From NCBI RefSeq assembly GCF_001194135.2, contig NC_068988.1, positions 31,846,774 through 31,910,773 on the forward strand: a stretch of DNA of 64,000 bases, given 5' to 3'. This DNA comes from Octopus bimaculoides (lineage: Eukaryota). The notes under the pieces were generated by a model. It had not been told where the DNA came from, searched no databases, and saw only the letters and a program-made list of their open reading frames with translations. Below, in pieces: positions 1 through 12,692 of this stretch. A program made the position numbers and the translations under genes. Within the stretch, counting starts at the first letter, position 1, and each line of letters opens with the position of its first letter.

Positions 1-573
1 GTGTCCGAAGATAATCCCAGGGTCTCGACTCAGTGAGAGACGTGTGCGCCAGGTTCAAGATCCGCTTTGAGACTGTTGCATCAGCATATTGTCGTAAGAC
101 AAAAAATCTATGGAAGACCTGAAAGAAGTATTATCCTTCCAGAATTAGACCTCCGTAGGTATAATAGATATAACAAGATGCAATAAACCAAGAACCAGGA
201 AACCAAGAAACCTAGGAACCAACTTGAAACAAGAGAACATAAGAAACGAAAGATTTATGGTCAACAAGTACATCAAACGTATAGATCTCATCTCTAGATA
301 GTATGCTTGCTAAACCTGACCATTACCAATTGAACACATAATCGCTGATATGGGAGTTGGTGCCTGAATGGTCTTTCATTGTGGCGTTGCCGCATGTCGT
401 TTGGATATACACAACGACTCTTATAATCCGTTTGTTTAAAGCTGTATATTTACAATTAGACCAAACCTCTCTTGTCGTACATCCCTAACATATATAGAGG
501 TACATGATATAATACACGGTAATGAGTAACTAAGAACGCAGAACTCAGTTATATAAAGTAAAATATTACAGAA

Positions 574-729
574 GGGTGGATGTTACTGTTGCTTTTAGCC
601 CCAGGAGGACAATACAAACAGGACACAGTAGTGTGTCGATAAGCCAGCTGGAGGAGATGTCCTCCTGGGGCTAAGAGCAACAGCAACATCCACCCCTAGG
701 GATCAGCCACACTTAAGTGGCAATATACT
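574..729 (+). repeat. Structured dispersed repeat with an inverted partial copy at its 5' end (38-bp arms 574-611 and 658-695, 46-nt loop)
   Basis: GGGTGGATGTTACTGTTGCTTTTAGCCCCAGGAGGACA is the reverse complement of 658-695 with 2 mismatches. 616-729 matches 54738-54852 on the opposite strand. Confidence 0.8.
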
Positions 730-1140
730 TCACTATATATATATACATATATATATANNNNNNNNNNNNNNNNNNNNNNNNNNNNNNNNNNNNNNNNNNN
801 NNNNNNNNNNNNNNNNNNNNNNNNNNNNNNNNNNNNNNNNNNNNNNNNNNNNNNNNNNNNNNNNNNNNNNNNNNNNNNNNNNNNNNNNNNNNNNNNNNNN
901 NNNNNNNNNNNNNNNNNNNNNNNNNNNTATATATATATATATATATATATATGAGTGTGTGTATGTGTATAAATATATGTATATATGCATAAATATATGT
1001 ATATATGTATATATAGAATTGATAGAGGTTTATAAAAGTCACAGAGGGTACTGACTAGCACCTGTTTTGCTAAAATTAAGAGTTAAAACAGCTCAAAAGG
1101 TACAAAAGTACTGAACTTAATGACTGACAAACGAGGGTAA

Positions 1141-1503
1141 CACCCCAGAGTACATAGTCAAATCGACCACATTTCTGCGAGCACATCACACCTAACTTCT
1201 GGCCATCTAACTCCCCAACTGCAAACTGTTGTTTATTATGTGAGGGGTTCAGCTGAGCGAAAGACTAACAAAACTCTTTGTAACACTAAACATAAACAAA
1301 AGTTGAATAGTATAGCAGCATCCCCCAATTAAACCAAGGAGACCGTCCAGAAGAGTTGCAAGAAATTCCGAAATCATCTGGAGTACTCTTTAGTATTTCA
1401 AGATATTTTTATGTAATTTTGGTAACTATATCTGTTAAAATAAAATGTGAGTGCTATTTTCATTTTTGCATAATTTAGACGATAGTTTATTCACCGCACC
1501 CTG
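1141..1503 (+). mobile_element. Tc1/mariner (maT/DD37D-like) transposon 3' relic
   Basis: Translates to CEHITPNFWPSNSP-(D)C, matching the WPPNSPDxNPLDY motif, and to KETVQKSCKKFRNHLE. Ends ...TTCACCGCACCCTG followed by TA. Confidence 0.75.
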
Positions 1504-1963
1504 TATATATCCATATACATACCTATACATAAGTGTGCGTGTGTGTGTGTATGTATCTAGCTGTATTTCTATCTATCTATATAACATATGTGTGTGCTGT
1601 GTGTCTGTGTATAAGTGATAAGGGGATTATGTATATGTGTTATTATGCACCTATATGTACATGGACATGCAATTCCTAAATATTGTTTAAAGGTGTCTGT
1701 GAACCTTTTGTTGCCATGTTGACCTTTCTTTTAGAAACCACTGAGAATAGAAACGTTATGATAAATTTCAAACGTTGGGTATCTTCCTGACTTTGAGCTA
1801 ATAACCTTTCCTATTCTTCTTCCTCCGTGGCGTGGATATTAATGATTCTGTGGAAAACTAATGCACGAACGTATACTTATAGCTGTTTAGATGCTATACA
1901 CTTTGTGTATATCACCTTTTTACAGAAGTATATATATATCTATAGTATATATATAAGTATATA

Positions 1964-1995
<32 letters not shown>

Positions 1996-2356
1996 NNNNN
2001 NNNNNNNNNNNNNNNNNNNNNNNNNNNNNNNNNNNNNNNNNNNNNNNNNNNNNNNNNNNNNNNNNNNNNNNNNNNNNNNNNNNNNNNNNNNNNNNNNNNN
2101 NNNNNNNNNNNNNNNNNNNNNNNNNNNNNNNNNNNNNNNNNNNNNNNNNNNNNNNNNNNNNNNNNNNNNNNNNNNNNNNNNNNNNNNNNNNNNNNNNNNN
2201 NNNNNNNNNNNNNNNNNNNNNNNNNNNNNNNNNNNNNNNNNNNNNNNNNNNNNNNNNNNNNNNNNNNNNNNNNNNNNNNNNNNNNNNNNNNNNNNNNNNN
2301 NNNNNNNNNNNNNNNNNNNNNNNNNNNNNNNNNNNNNNNNNNNNNNNNNNNNNNNN

Positions 2357-2410
<54 letters not shown>

Positions 2411-2840
2411 AATTATATCAACGCACAGTATGAATACACTACAGAGCGTACAAATTTGCGTTATTTTGCGCAGGATTTTGTGTGCATATGTGTGTGTGCG
2501 TGCGTAGATTTGTGGAGCATTATAACGGATCTATTAGTAGTGGGTTATTTAATTATATCACGCACTTCTTCATCAAAAAGTTCAATCTGTCAGAGAGTGA
2601 AGAATTTGGAGGAGGTGGGGGAGAATATATGTCGAAGAACATAAAGAAGACAAAGGAGAAAGGGGAGAAAATTAAAGAAATTAAAGAAGAAACATATGAA
2701 GGACAGAAGAGATGAGAAAATAAGACAACGAAGGAAAAAAAGAAGAGCTCAATGAAGAGAAAAAATGAAGGAAGAAAGAAGACGAAGGAGCAGAAAGAAA
2801 AAAAAAAATAAGAAGAAATGAAAGGACGGTGTGGATGAAT

Positions 2841-2850
2841 AATAATAATG

Positions 2851-2928
<78 letters not shown>

Positions 2929-3040
2929 TTAACAATGATAATAATATAATCATAATAATAACAATAATATAATATTAATAACAACGACAATAATAATATA
3001 ACAGCAACAGCAATAACAACAACACCGATAATAATAATAA
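2841..3040. repeat. (TAA)n microsatellite with degenerate (CAA/TAA) extension
   Basis: Direct reading. It is the source of the poly-I and poly-L ORFs. Confidence 0.95.
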
Positions 3041-3680
3041 TAAGAAGAAGAATTACCAGAACGAGAAGGAGACTGTTGAAGAACCCGAAAATACAAAACA
3101 AAAACGGTAGCAAAGGGGATTTTAATGCGATGTTCATTTACCCCAAGTCTTTTTCACATTCAGTGCGCAAAGTTCGCAAAGTGTTACACAAGTAAATTCT
3201 ATGGATCAAAGGAATAACTCGAGGTTATGTACATTGCGCCACCTGGTGAACATTTTCCTTCTACAATTAATCACGTAAATTCACTCGTCTATCGCTATTG
3301 CTTTTGCGTTCTAAAGTTTTAAATAAGTTTATTTAACTATTTGGTATTTCTGTACAATTTGCTTTGACAGGCAAAAACGTTATTTTATTTCTCTTTTTCT
3401 CTGGAACAGTAATTTTGTTTGTTATTTTACCTAATTGTATATTTGATCAGTTATTGGCCCAAAAAGATGAACAGCAGGACTGTATGCCACATCACAACAC
3501 TTTTAGCTCCCACGACATCATCTGCACCGCTAACTATTTTCCTACGTGTAACAGTCTTTGTATATTAGGAAATTAAGAGTGTGAAATAAAAGAGAAACGG
3601 TGAGAGATAAATATATGTATGAAGAAAAGGAAAGCTGGGTGAGAGAAAGAAAGAGATATAAATATAATGTATGTGCAAGG

Positions 3681-3732
<52 letters not shown>

Positions 3733-3764
3733 TAGATTACGGGAGGGGGAGAAATTGGGAGTCT

Positions 3765-3982
3765 AGTATCCTTTTCTACTCGAGGCACAATGCTCGAAAT
3801 TTGGAGGGGGGGGGACGTCGATCAGATCGACCCAAGTACGCAACTGGTACTTAATTTATCGACCCCGAAATGATGAAAGGCAAAGTCGACGTCGGCGGAA
3901 TTTGAACTCAGAACATAAGGACAGACGGAATACCGCTAAGCATTTCGCCCGGCGTGCTAACGATTCTGCCAGCTCGCCGCCC
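3765..3982 (-). mobile_element. tRNA-derived SINE (family with GGCGGCGAGCTGGCAGAATCGTTAG head)
   Basis: Minus strand has A-box-like TGGCAGAATCGTTAG and B-box GAGTTCAAATTCC. The body GTCGACTTTGCCTTTCATC...TCGATAAATTAAGTACCAG is shared with copies at 4.3, 31.7 and 39.1 kb. Confidence 0.85.
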
Positions 3983-4329
3983 CTAATTGAAAAATATCGA
4001 GAAGAAAGGAAAAAGATGGATGCAGAGATAAGATACTGGAATATCAATTTATGATTCATGAATTCATATCTTCTGTAAAAGTTTCATAAGTGAGTTTGAA
4101 TTCATCTTCTTACACAGCAAGTAACTGATTGCGTCAACAAATTGAATTCTTCTAAAACTAACTGAGTCAGCAACATACTGAAAAATGCGTAGACTAGGTA
4201 CAGCTTATGCTAAAGGAATAAACTCAGAGTTCTAATATGCTGATATTTTGCTGGAAACGTACAATAGTTGTCATTTCATTCAATACTAGGTTTGATCTAG
4301 TTAACCTACTCTGCCGCCTTCATTTTACA

Positions 4330-4513
4330 AGCAATGTAACTAGTATTGTTTTGCCTGTCTTTACGTTCTGAGTTCAAATTCCGGCGAGGTTCACTTTGCC
4401 TTTCATCATTTCAGGGTCAATAAATTAAGTACCATTTGCGAACTGGGGTCAATCTAATCGACTGGCCTCCTCTCCCAAAATGTCGGGCTTTGTGCCTAGA
4501 GTAGAAAAGAATA
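4330..4513 (+). mobile_element. tRNA-derived SINE, same family as 3765-3982
   Basis: GTTCTGAGTTCAAATTCCGGCGAGGTTCACTTTGCCTTTCATC...AAATTAAGTACCA...GTGCCTAGAGTAGAAAAG. Confidence 0.85.
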
Positions 4514-5104
4514 TAACTAGCAGTTATACGTAATGAGTAAGATAGATACATGCACGCACACACACACACACACACTCACTCACACACACACGTGTATATA
4601 AGTGTGCATAAATTAATAGAGAGATCGTTGTGGATATACAGTTCACTTAATTCATGTCGCTGACTTCATATAATATTTATATTTTGGAGGAAACTATAGG
4701 TTTCCACAATCCTCTTTTCCTTCTCAGAGACCACTGTAATGGGGAAATACATGGTAGTCAAAGTGCATATCTATAAACAAAAAAATAATTCTACTATTGA
4801 ATTACAAATATGTTCGAAATTGAAGTTCAGATAATCATAAATTATGATAAATGTCCCTTGAGACCATTACAGAACGTTTGAAACTTCCCGGTGTGTAAAA
4901 TTTGGTATTTATTTTATAGTTTATGTGAAATAGTTCTTTTATTGTAAAACGCTTTAATGCGTATGATATAAGATTCATACAGCTGGTGATGTAGAAAATA
5001 ACATTTGCAATATTTTGAAATATCTCTTAGTTGGAGAAAGAAGTATTAGCTTCTCTAAAAGTCAAGGGGGGAATATTAAGTAACTAAATTTAGTAACTAA
5101 ATAA

Positions 5105-5399
5105 AAACTTACCGTTTGTTCCTTCGCGAGCTATGCCTGGCTCATAAGGGCCGGTTTCCCAGTTTCATTGGTGCATAGATTTCCCAACTGGGCGGACGCC
5201 GTTCCTTCGCAGATGAGCTGCTAGGTGCAAGATTGAGGGTAAGTTGTGGCGAAAGAGTCAGCAGAAGTTAGCTATTAACTTCTGCCGGAGCCGCGTGGAG
5301 CTTAGGTGTTTCGCTCATAAACATACACATCACCCGGTCTGAAATTAGAACCGCGATCTCACGACCGCTGCTCTAACTGCTAGTCCATGTGCCTCCACA
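5105..5399 (-). mobile_element. tRNA-derived SINE, second family
   Basis: Minus head GTGGAGGCACATGGACTAGCAGTTAGAGC...GCGGTTCTAATTTCAGACCGGG with degenerate A and B boxes. Tail ...CCCTTATGAGCCAGGCATAGCTCGCGAAGGAACAAAC. Confidence 0.7.
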
Positions 5400-6319
5400 A
5401 ATTAAGAAATAGTTACACAGAAAATTTAATTTTCATACTATATAATTTAGCCATTTTCATCCTTTTTTCTGTTTATCTTGTATGAAGTCTCGAGTGCCAC
5501 CACTATGCAGATCATAGTTCCAAACTCAAAGTGGTTAAACATCTTCCCATTGCAGCTGAATCATTTAACGTTTTGCATATGTTTCCTTTTCTCTTCTCCT
5601 TTCTAAGTTGTGTCTTTATCGGCATTTTTCGCTTTCATTTCCTACGATGTTCTCGTCTTTCATTCTTGATGTCATGTCATTGTCTAAAAGGTGAATAGCG
5701 CTAGCTATCTCGCCATTAACCACGCACAAGTATTATATTAAATGTAACATAGTTTTGTGATGGAATGGCGGTATTGCGATAATGTGTTGCCAATATTACG
5801 ATAATAATCCTTAACGTAAACTAATATCCATGAATATTTTTTTTTTTACCTTAATGTATATTTTCGGTATTACCAACATTTAAATGGCTATTCAGATTCA
5901 GAAATGTTTTCTCAACTGCAATGTTCCCACCGATTCGAAATTCATAATATCATAATGTACTATAATATACGATTTCTATCAAGAGCACAAACGTTGTGGA
6001 AAGAAGAAAAGGTTATTAAATAGGATATGTGTTCCAATAGCAAGAATGCTATCTTGGTTCTATCAGGAAACTTCACAGAAAAGTTGGACTATATTATGTT
6101 TGCCAAAGGAAAACAATCACTCAAGAATTTCTCTCCACGACGAACTATCCCGTCTTGAACACAAACCATTGAATATTTCATGATCACCACTCTCAGTTGT
6201 ATTGGGAAGTAATTCCTTTGCAAAATTTATTTTCAGATGTTAGCTGAAATGTTTGTTCCTGGTTTGTTCGAAGAGTACAGACCTTGCCATATTTGTCTTA
6301 ATGTCTTCCATTATTTGTC

Positions 6320-8590
6320 TTAACCCTCAATCTACCAGAGAACATGCATTTCACTAATTAATAACAGGGTCCAATGGACCCAATATTTAATTAAATTTTA
6401 TTCAAGTTACATTATATATGACATCAGGTGAATGAAGAATTACTGTTTCTCACAAATTTTAATAAAAAAATACAGCTTATAGGATATATTATAAATTTTA
6501 AAATTTATATAAGTACAGAATTACAGCTCTTCATGACAGTGAATGCTGACAACATCGGAATGTTCTTGGCAAACATGGATTTACAATTCTTACATGATGT
6601 CCTTTTCGGGGCCACGCAAAGAACATCCTTTTTTTTCTTCTTTGGCTGAGGAATCTCAAATGAGGTTGAAGATCGTCTTCTTTTCTTGTTTGGTTAGAGA
6701 AATGTTAGCAGGACTAGAAGATTGTTTATCATATTCTTGTTGAGTATTAACTCCAGCAAGTTCCTTTCCTAACCGAATTAAGCACCATCTTCTTTTATTC
6801 TTGAAACTTTGGAAGTGAAGCTGTTTAGCAACAATGAAAGCATTCACTGCTCTTATATCAATCGTGTTGTAGAATATAACCATAGGCCATTTTCGAGACA
6901 TTGTTTTGCAAGTGTATGTCCATACCAGCTTATCTAGGGTATTTACTCCTACTTTTGTTTTGTTGTAAAATGTAATAACTTCAAGTTTCTTTTTAGCACT
7001 CTTTGAATCAATTAAAGGCTGAGATGTATTGTACTCATAAGTGTGACTACGTAATTTTTCTTGGGACAATAAGATTGGATCATAGAATCCTTTTGAAGTC
7101 GAAATATTGTGCTGTTGATATCTCTTTCTTTTCCATTTGTGAAAGTACATGGAAGTTCAACTCTGTCCTTTCTAATTGTTCCAACTAAAGTAGTCTCCTT
7201 GCTAAGCAGCTTTCGAGCTTGAAAAAATATCATCACAAGTTATATTGCGACCAGTATTTTCTATTTCTTTTACTAGGTCTTCAACAACATTTGAACCTTG
7301 ATTTGTCTCTCTCCCTTTTACTGGATCTTTTCCAGTGTAAATTTACATTTTCCAGGCATAATATATTCCACTGTCGCATTTTGCCCAAATTTTAATTCCA
7401 TATTTCCCTGATTTTGAAGGCATATATACTCGGAAAGGGCAGCGTCCTCTGAATGAAACTAATTCTTCATCAACTGTCAGGCATGGACATGGAACATATC
7501 CATCTTGCAAATTCTGATTCCACATTTCAAATACTCCTTTTATGGGCTCCATTTTATCATCACTTCTCTTTTTTCTTCTTGCACTAGCATCATCAAAACG
7601 CATTACTTGTAAAATTTGTTGATATCTTCCCCGGCTCATACATTTGTTGACTATTGGGTGTGGGGTCATCTTCTTGACTCCATCATTCTGTGACATTTTC
7701 ATGTTTAGATTTATAAACACCTATAAAAATAATTAGACCCATAAATTTCTTTAGTTCAAACTGATCAATTTCCTTCCATTTGTATTTGTAAACAACCTGA
7801 CCTTCAACATTTGTCCATTTACGAATTACTTCAAGAAGATTCTGGCGCATAAACATAGTAAAACATTTTTCAGTGTTATAGCAGGACCTTTTAGCAAAGC
7901 GGGATGGTCCACATTCTTGGCGCACACTATTGCAAGATAGGGTTCTTACTGCTGCTTGAGTAAGAAGATTAGAATGCCAAACTTTTTATCGATCTTTAGG
8001 AACATATTGCTCATTCATAATTGGGTGGCTTGCAGAGAATTGATTTTGCGTATCTTCATTATCTGATGACACAGAACTGTCCAGCACACAATCACTTTCG
8101 CCATCATCCCGAGAACAATAGACGGAATCACTACTATCTTCTTCCCATTCTTCATATAATTCCAATAACTTTTTCTATATTTGGTTTTCACTCAAGTTTT
8201 CACGTCTAGGCGTATTGGAAAGCATAACAGAACTATATGAAACTTGATAGCAAACTAAAGGCATATATTGCTCTCTCACATATTTATACTCTCCTGAATG
8301 ATGATGCAATATATTGTAAGGATTGCATCATCGCATAGAAATATTGCATCACGTTATAACCTAGCAGATTTAAGATGATGCAATACCACACAAATTTACA
8401 GGGATATTTTTATAATTTTTCCTATTTTATCTAAAATTCAGCAACTAAATTGAATACGATTTTATCTATTTTATATCTGATAAATATCTAGGAAAATATT
8501 TTATACTACATTTATTCTGTTTAGAATAAGGGTATTGTCTGAATTCAATTCGGGGGTCCGATGGACCCGTACGTAATTAATGTATAAAGT
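6320..8590 (-). mobile_element. piggyBac-family DNA transposon relic
   Basis: Left end TTAA|CCCT at 6320-6327. Internal transposase remnants. Palindromic GGGTCC-N3-GGACCC near both ends (6367-6381 and 8554-8568). Right TIR and TTAA are degenerate, so the right boundary is approximate. Confidence 0.85.
6525..8205 (-). pseudogene. Frameshifted piggyBac (PGBD-like) DDD transposase
   Basis: ORF pieces ELKKFMGLIIFIGV, LTVDEELVSFRGRCPFRVYMPSKSGKYGIKIWAKCD, LVGTIRKDR and YNKTKVGVNTLDKLVWTYTCKTMSRKWPMVIFYN, plus a decayed Cys-rich tail. Split over at least 4 frames with stops. Confidence 0.9.
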
Positions 8591-8740
8591 GAAATTTTCT
8601 AGCTTTTATAAATATACGGAAAATTTCCCATTTGACAAAGAAAAGAGAGTCAAGTAAAAATAAGAGTCACGAGAAATCAGCAGAATCAAAGAATATAAAC
8701 AGCAGGAAAGAGCAACTGAAAAGCACTGAAATGACTTTAC

Positions 8741-8881
8741 TGGACCCATTGGTAAACGGAAGGTTAATGTCTTCACCTCGTTCACTATGACTACTAGAGA
8801 TAGGTTCCTTAGGTACCAAAGAAGTGATCATTTTAATATCTACCTCCAGGTTACCAGCATCTCGGGATGAAGGGAAACTGT
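8741..8881 (-). CDS. Candidate 141-nt internal exon of an unidentified host gene
   Basis: Minus-strand TTTTATTTTCAAATTAG acceptor and GTAAAG donor, open phase-1/1 frame DSFPSSRDAGNLEVDIKMITSLVPKEPISSSHSERGEDINLPFTNGS. No recognised homology. Confidence 0.3.
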
Positions 8882-10421
8882 CTAATTTGAAAATAAAATG
8901 TGAATGAAATAAAATAGAAAAACTTCCGACTTCATGGCAGTCATCATATCTAAAACGGAATATGAGATAATATGCATTTATAAGCAGAAACATCTAAAAT
9001 CAAAAACAAACTGCTGGTGTGTTTACGTCCCCGTAACTTAGCGACAAAAAAGCCCTATAGAATACGTCCCGGACCTTTAAAACAATTATTGGGGTCGATT
9101 CATTCAACTAAAATCTTTCGATGACGTGCCCCAGCATGGCTTCAGTGTAATAATGGAAACAAGTAAGAGAACAAAAAAAATAAAGAATTTTTGATATCGT
9201 GTTAGACAGTTGGTGAGTAATGAAAAATACCTGACTGAGCTAACTAGAAGAACACAAAGAAATATCCGTTAATACAGACCAAATAGCCATGTTGATTGTA
9301 ACTTCGCAGAATTTAATCAATAAAGAATACATCAACAATCTTATACTGGACACTATACAAGTATTATAAATGCCTTCAGAAAATGCATAACACATGCTGT
9401 GATGTGCTTCTGGGAATGCCAAAGTGAATGCTCTCTTAGAATATAACATTTCAGCAAAATATGGAGATTAAGGTAAATCGTCAAGATATTATGGTGAAAT
9501 ATCTGGAGGAAACAGATGCCATTTAATCTTTGAAAGAATTCTAGCTTGCATCAATATATGCATACATGTAAAACACTTGGGTCCCGAAGTATCGGTTTCA
9601 ACACTGTCAATACTGCAACAATCTGAAATTTAAACGAACATTATTAATTCTACGCCGCAAGAAACTCCTTAGAGCATAAGGATCGTACAGAGCAACCGAT
9701 TTTATATGCGCACCCTTCAATGATTGAAGAACTGCCAACCTTCATATCACATACACTCTTCGCATTCCACTCTCGTCACTTTCTACGAATCCAGGCCAAT
9801 CAGCTCAATACCGAGACTGGTCAGAAACTGAAAGTAAATGGTCATTGAGGTCTTCAATAAATCCGCAGAAATATCAAAATTGTTTTAATCTATTGCTCGT
9901 TATCCGTTTATATGCCAATTACTTTGCACTTCTTCGAGAATTATGAAAACGGTGATGACAGATGAATTATGTAATTACTGACCCTGCAAAAGGATTCAGT
10001 CAAATCACCATCACTCATACTCATCTCCTTTAAACCGAAGGTATATCGAACAATGTAGATAAAAACAAAAACCAAACAAACAAACTCTAAAGCATGGACG
10101 CTACCGGTATATCATAGATCATCATGAGTCCGCTCAACAACAACTGACCAGTTGATCGGGGAGTTATAAACATTTCAGTAATGATTTGTATGTGGTCGCA
10201 TGAAGTGTTTTAATGGTATTGTTGCCATTGCTGCAGATGTAAAGTAACTTTTCTCTATTATTGCATCATTAATTAGTAAGATGTTCTAATGCCAGGTGCG
10301 GCAAAGTATAAATGGGTGTAAGAATAAACAAAACATTAAGCTCTGCGTGCATATGTATGTATATGAGATTTATGAAAATTGATTTTAATAGGATAATGTT
10401 AAAAAGAAAACTGTAATGGTG

Positions 10422-10466
<45 letters not shown>

Positions 10467-10504
10467 TATAGATATATAAATATATAGATATATAGATATG
10501 TGCG

Positions 10505-10535
<31 letters not shown>

Positions 10536-10697
10536 TTGTGTGTGCGTGTGTGTGTGTGTGTGCGTGCGCGCGCGCGCGTGTGTAAATGTGTGTTTCTGTG
10601 TCTATAACCATGCGCATTCACAGTTATTTCCCACCGGAAGGCAGCAAGAATATGATTCGAGGCGAGAAATAGCATATTTGTATATATGAATGTATGT

Positions 10698-12616
10698 CCT
10701 ATTTTGCAATTATTATAAATCATCTACTAAGGAGGGAGCCGGTTTCCAACAAACATACAAGTCTCCATCTTTGGGATGTAGTTAAAAAAGACAAATTCAC
10801 ATTTGGAACTGGAGAAAAGTCTTGCATATTTTCAATGTTCCACTCACAGACTGCACTTTTATCCGGATTCTCCTATAAGCATTTACTAACGAAACCTATT
10901 GCTCCAATTACTATTGGTATGAATATGAATCCATAGTCGGATATAGAAGCTAGCGGTTTCGAAGCAGTTGCCCAGATATCCTATTTTCTTTGATTTTTCA
11001 TAGAGATATTATTGTCTGCAGTGCAGATTCCCTTTATGATGGTACATACATTTGCGCCTGTCCCAAACAACAATATCGGGCCTGTTATTTTTATATTTGA
11101 TAGAAGTTTTGATGGGAATATTCCATTAGTATTCTTTGAGTTGGTGCTTATTAATATATTCCATAACAGAGGTATTTTTAAAGTTTTTTTCAGGACAGTC
11201 TTTTTTGCGGATAACATTCTAAATTGTTTTAGCAACAACATCGTGGCACACAAAGTCATAGTACCGTGATGACATTTTAGGATTACTGCTAATCACATTT
11301 GTGATCTTTTCCACAGAAACATAACATAGCCTACACATGCGGTTCCACTTTGGCATTACAGGAGCGTCAGTGTTTCTCTTGAACACCAGGATCTCTGAGG
11401 CAATCTTCTGTTTCCGAATTGCAAATGCATAGCCTTCAGAGTGTGATGTGATATAGTGGTCTAATACCCAATCAAGCCTTCACTTCTTGTCATTTCTATT
11501 TTCTTCAATCCTCCAACAACACACCCATGCATAGTCCTTTTTTGTATGCTGAGTGCTTTCCATCCATGTCTTCTCTGAGATAAGAGAGCCCAGCTGTTTT
11601 GAGGCTGTATAGGAGATCATCAGAAGGTGAGTGTTTCTTGAAGAGCTCACTACCAACTCCTAGAATGTTGCTCACTTAACTTTTCAGCACTGCATTTATA
11701 TATTTATTTTTGCTGCTATTGTTTAGAAGGTGCTGTCTGAGTGATACCTTACGACATTCGAAGGCCATCTGCACTGATCGCAGGCCTCTATAGCCTTCAT
11801 TTCTTCTTAAGTAGACGCTGTCAACATCACTGTTTCTGTGGAAGTTGGCAGCTGTCAGAATTTTGCGGGTTTTGATATCTATGGAGTGGATTTCCTCTGC
11901 AGACCAATCAAGTATCCCAAATGTTGGGATCAACACTGTTACTGCAAATGCATTGTGGGATATTGTTTTGTTTTATGAGGAGAGAACCGAATGTCATATT
12001 TTCCTGAGTCTGGTGTAATATTTTTGGGTCACTCTATCTTTATTCACAGTGCTTTCATATGATATATTTCCGTGTATGCCTAGTTACTTGTAACATTCTT
12101 TGTGTGGGATGTTCTATAACCAAATATTATTTCTTTTGTTCAAATTTCTTTTGTTCAAATTCCATGCCCATATCAGCTGAAAATGTTATTAATTTCAGTT
12201 GTTTTTTGGGATTGTTGCAACTTTTAGCATCAATCTTGAGGCCGTTTACAAAGAAATTATGAGTTACATTGATATTTATTGCAGTTGAAGATTCTCGCAT
12301 GTAACCATTTGTTTTCTACAGTAAGAATGATAATGGATTCAGTGTCAAAATGAAAAGAAGTACAGAAAGATTATCTCACTGGAATATCCCCTTTGAAATG
12401 TCTATAATATCAGAAACAATTATTCTTTTCTCAGTTGTAAGGGTAAGAGCTGTTGTTCCTGTCTTTGTGAGTCTCTTTATAGCAGCAATTAATGTAGTAA
12501 GTAGTTTGCCAGATGTTGGCACTTCAGCAGCCATGAATGAGGGATATAGTCCAATGCTCTGCTATAGTAAAGCCATACTGTCAAAAGGTTTCTACGTTGT
12601 TTTCTTACTTCAGACA
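10698..12616 (-). mobile_element. R4/Dong-like RLE non-LTR retrotransposon, copy A (5'-truncated, decayed)
   Basis: Minus translations give VWLYYSRALDYIPHS (RT domain 3), ISKGIFQ*D, LIPTFGILDWSAEEIHSIDIKTRKILT, VYLRRNEGYRGL, a decayed ESEGYAFAIRKQ/CCHC knuckle region, an NRPDIV RLE motif and a 3'UTR shared with copy B. Confidence 0.85.
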
Positions 12617-12692
12617 ATGCATGTATGTATGTATGTATGTATGTATGTGTGTATGTATGTGTGTATGAATGTATGCATGTATGTATGCATGT
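12617..12692. repeat. (ATGT)n/(TACA)n microsatellite joining the two R4-like copies
   Basis: Direct reading. Confidence 0.95.

Noticed and set aside
186-230. Degenerate AACCAAGAA/AACCAGGAA/AACCTAGGAA repeats as a CRISPR-like or satellite array
   Set aside because: Only 4-5 short imperfect units with no spacers; ordinary low-complexity sequence.
9250-9900. Possible ancient RTE-like coding relic
   Set aside because: Only vague motif resemblance across several frames, with no diagnostic RT motif readable.
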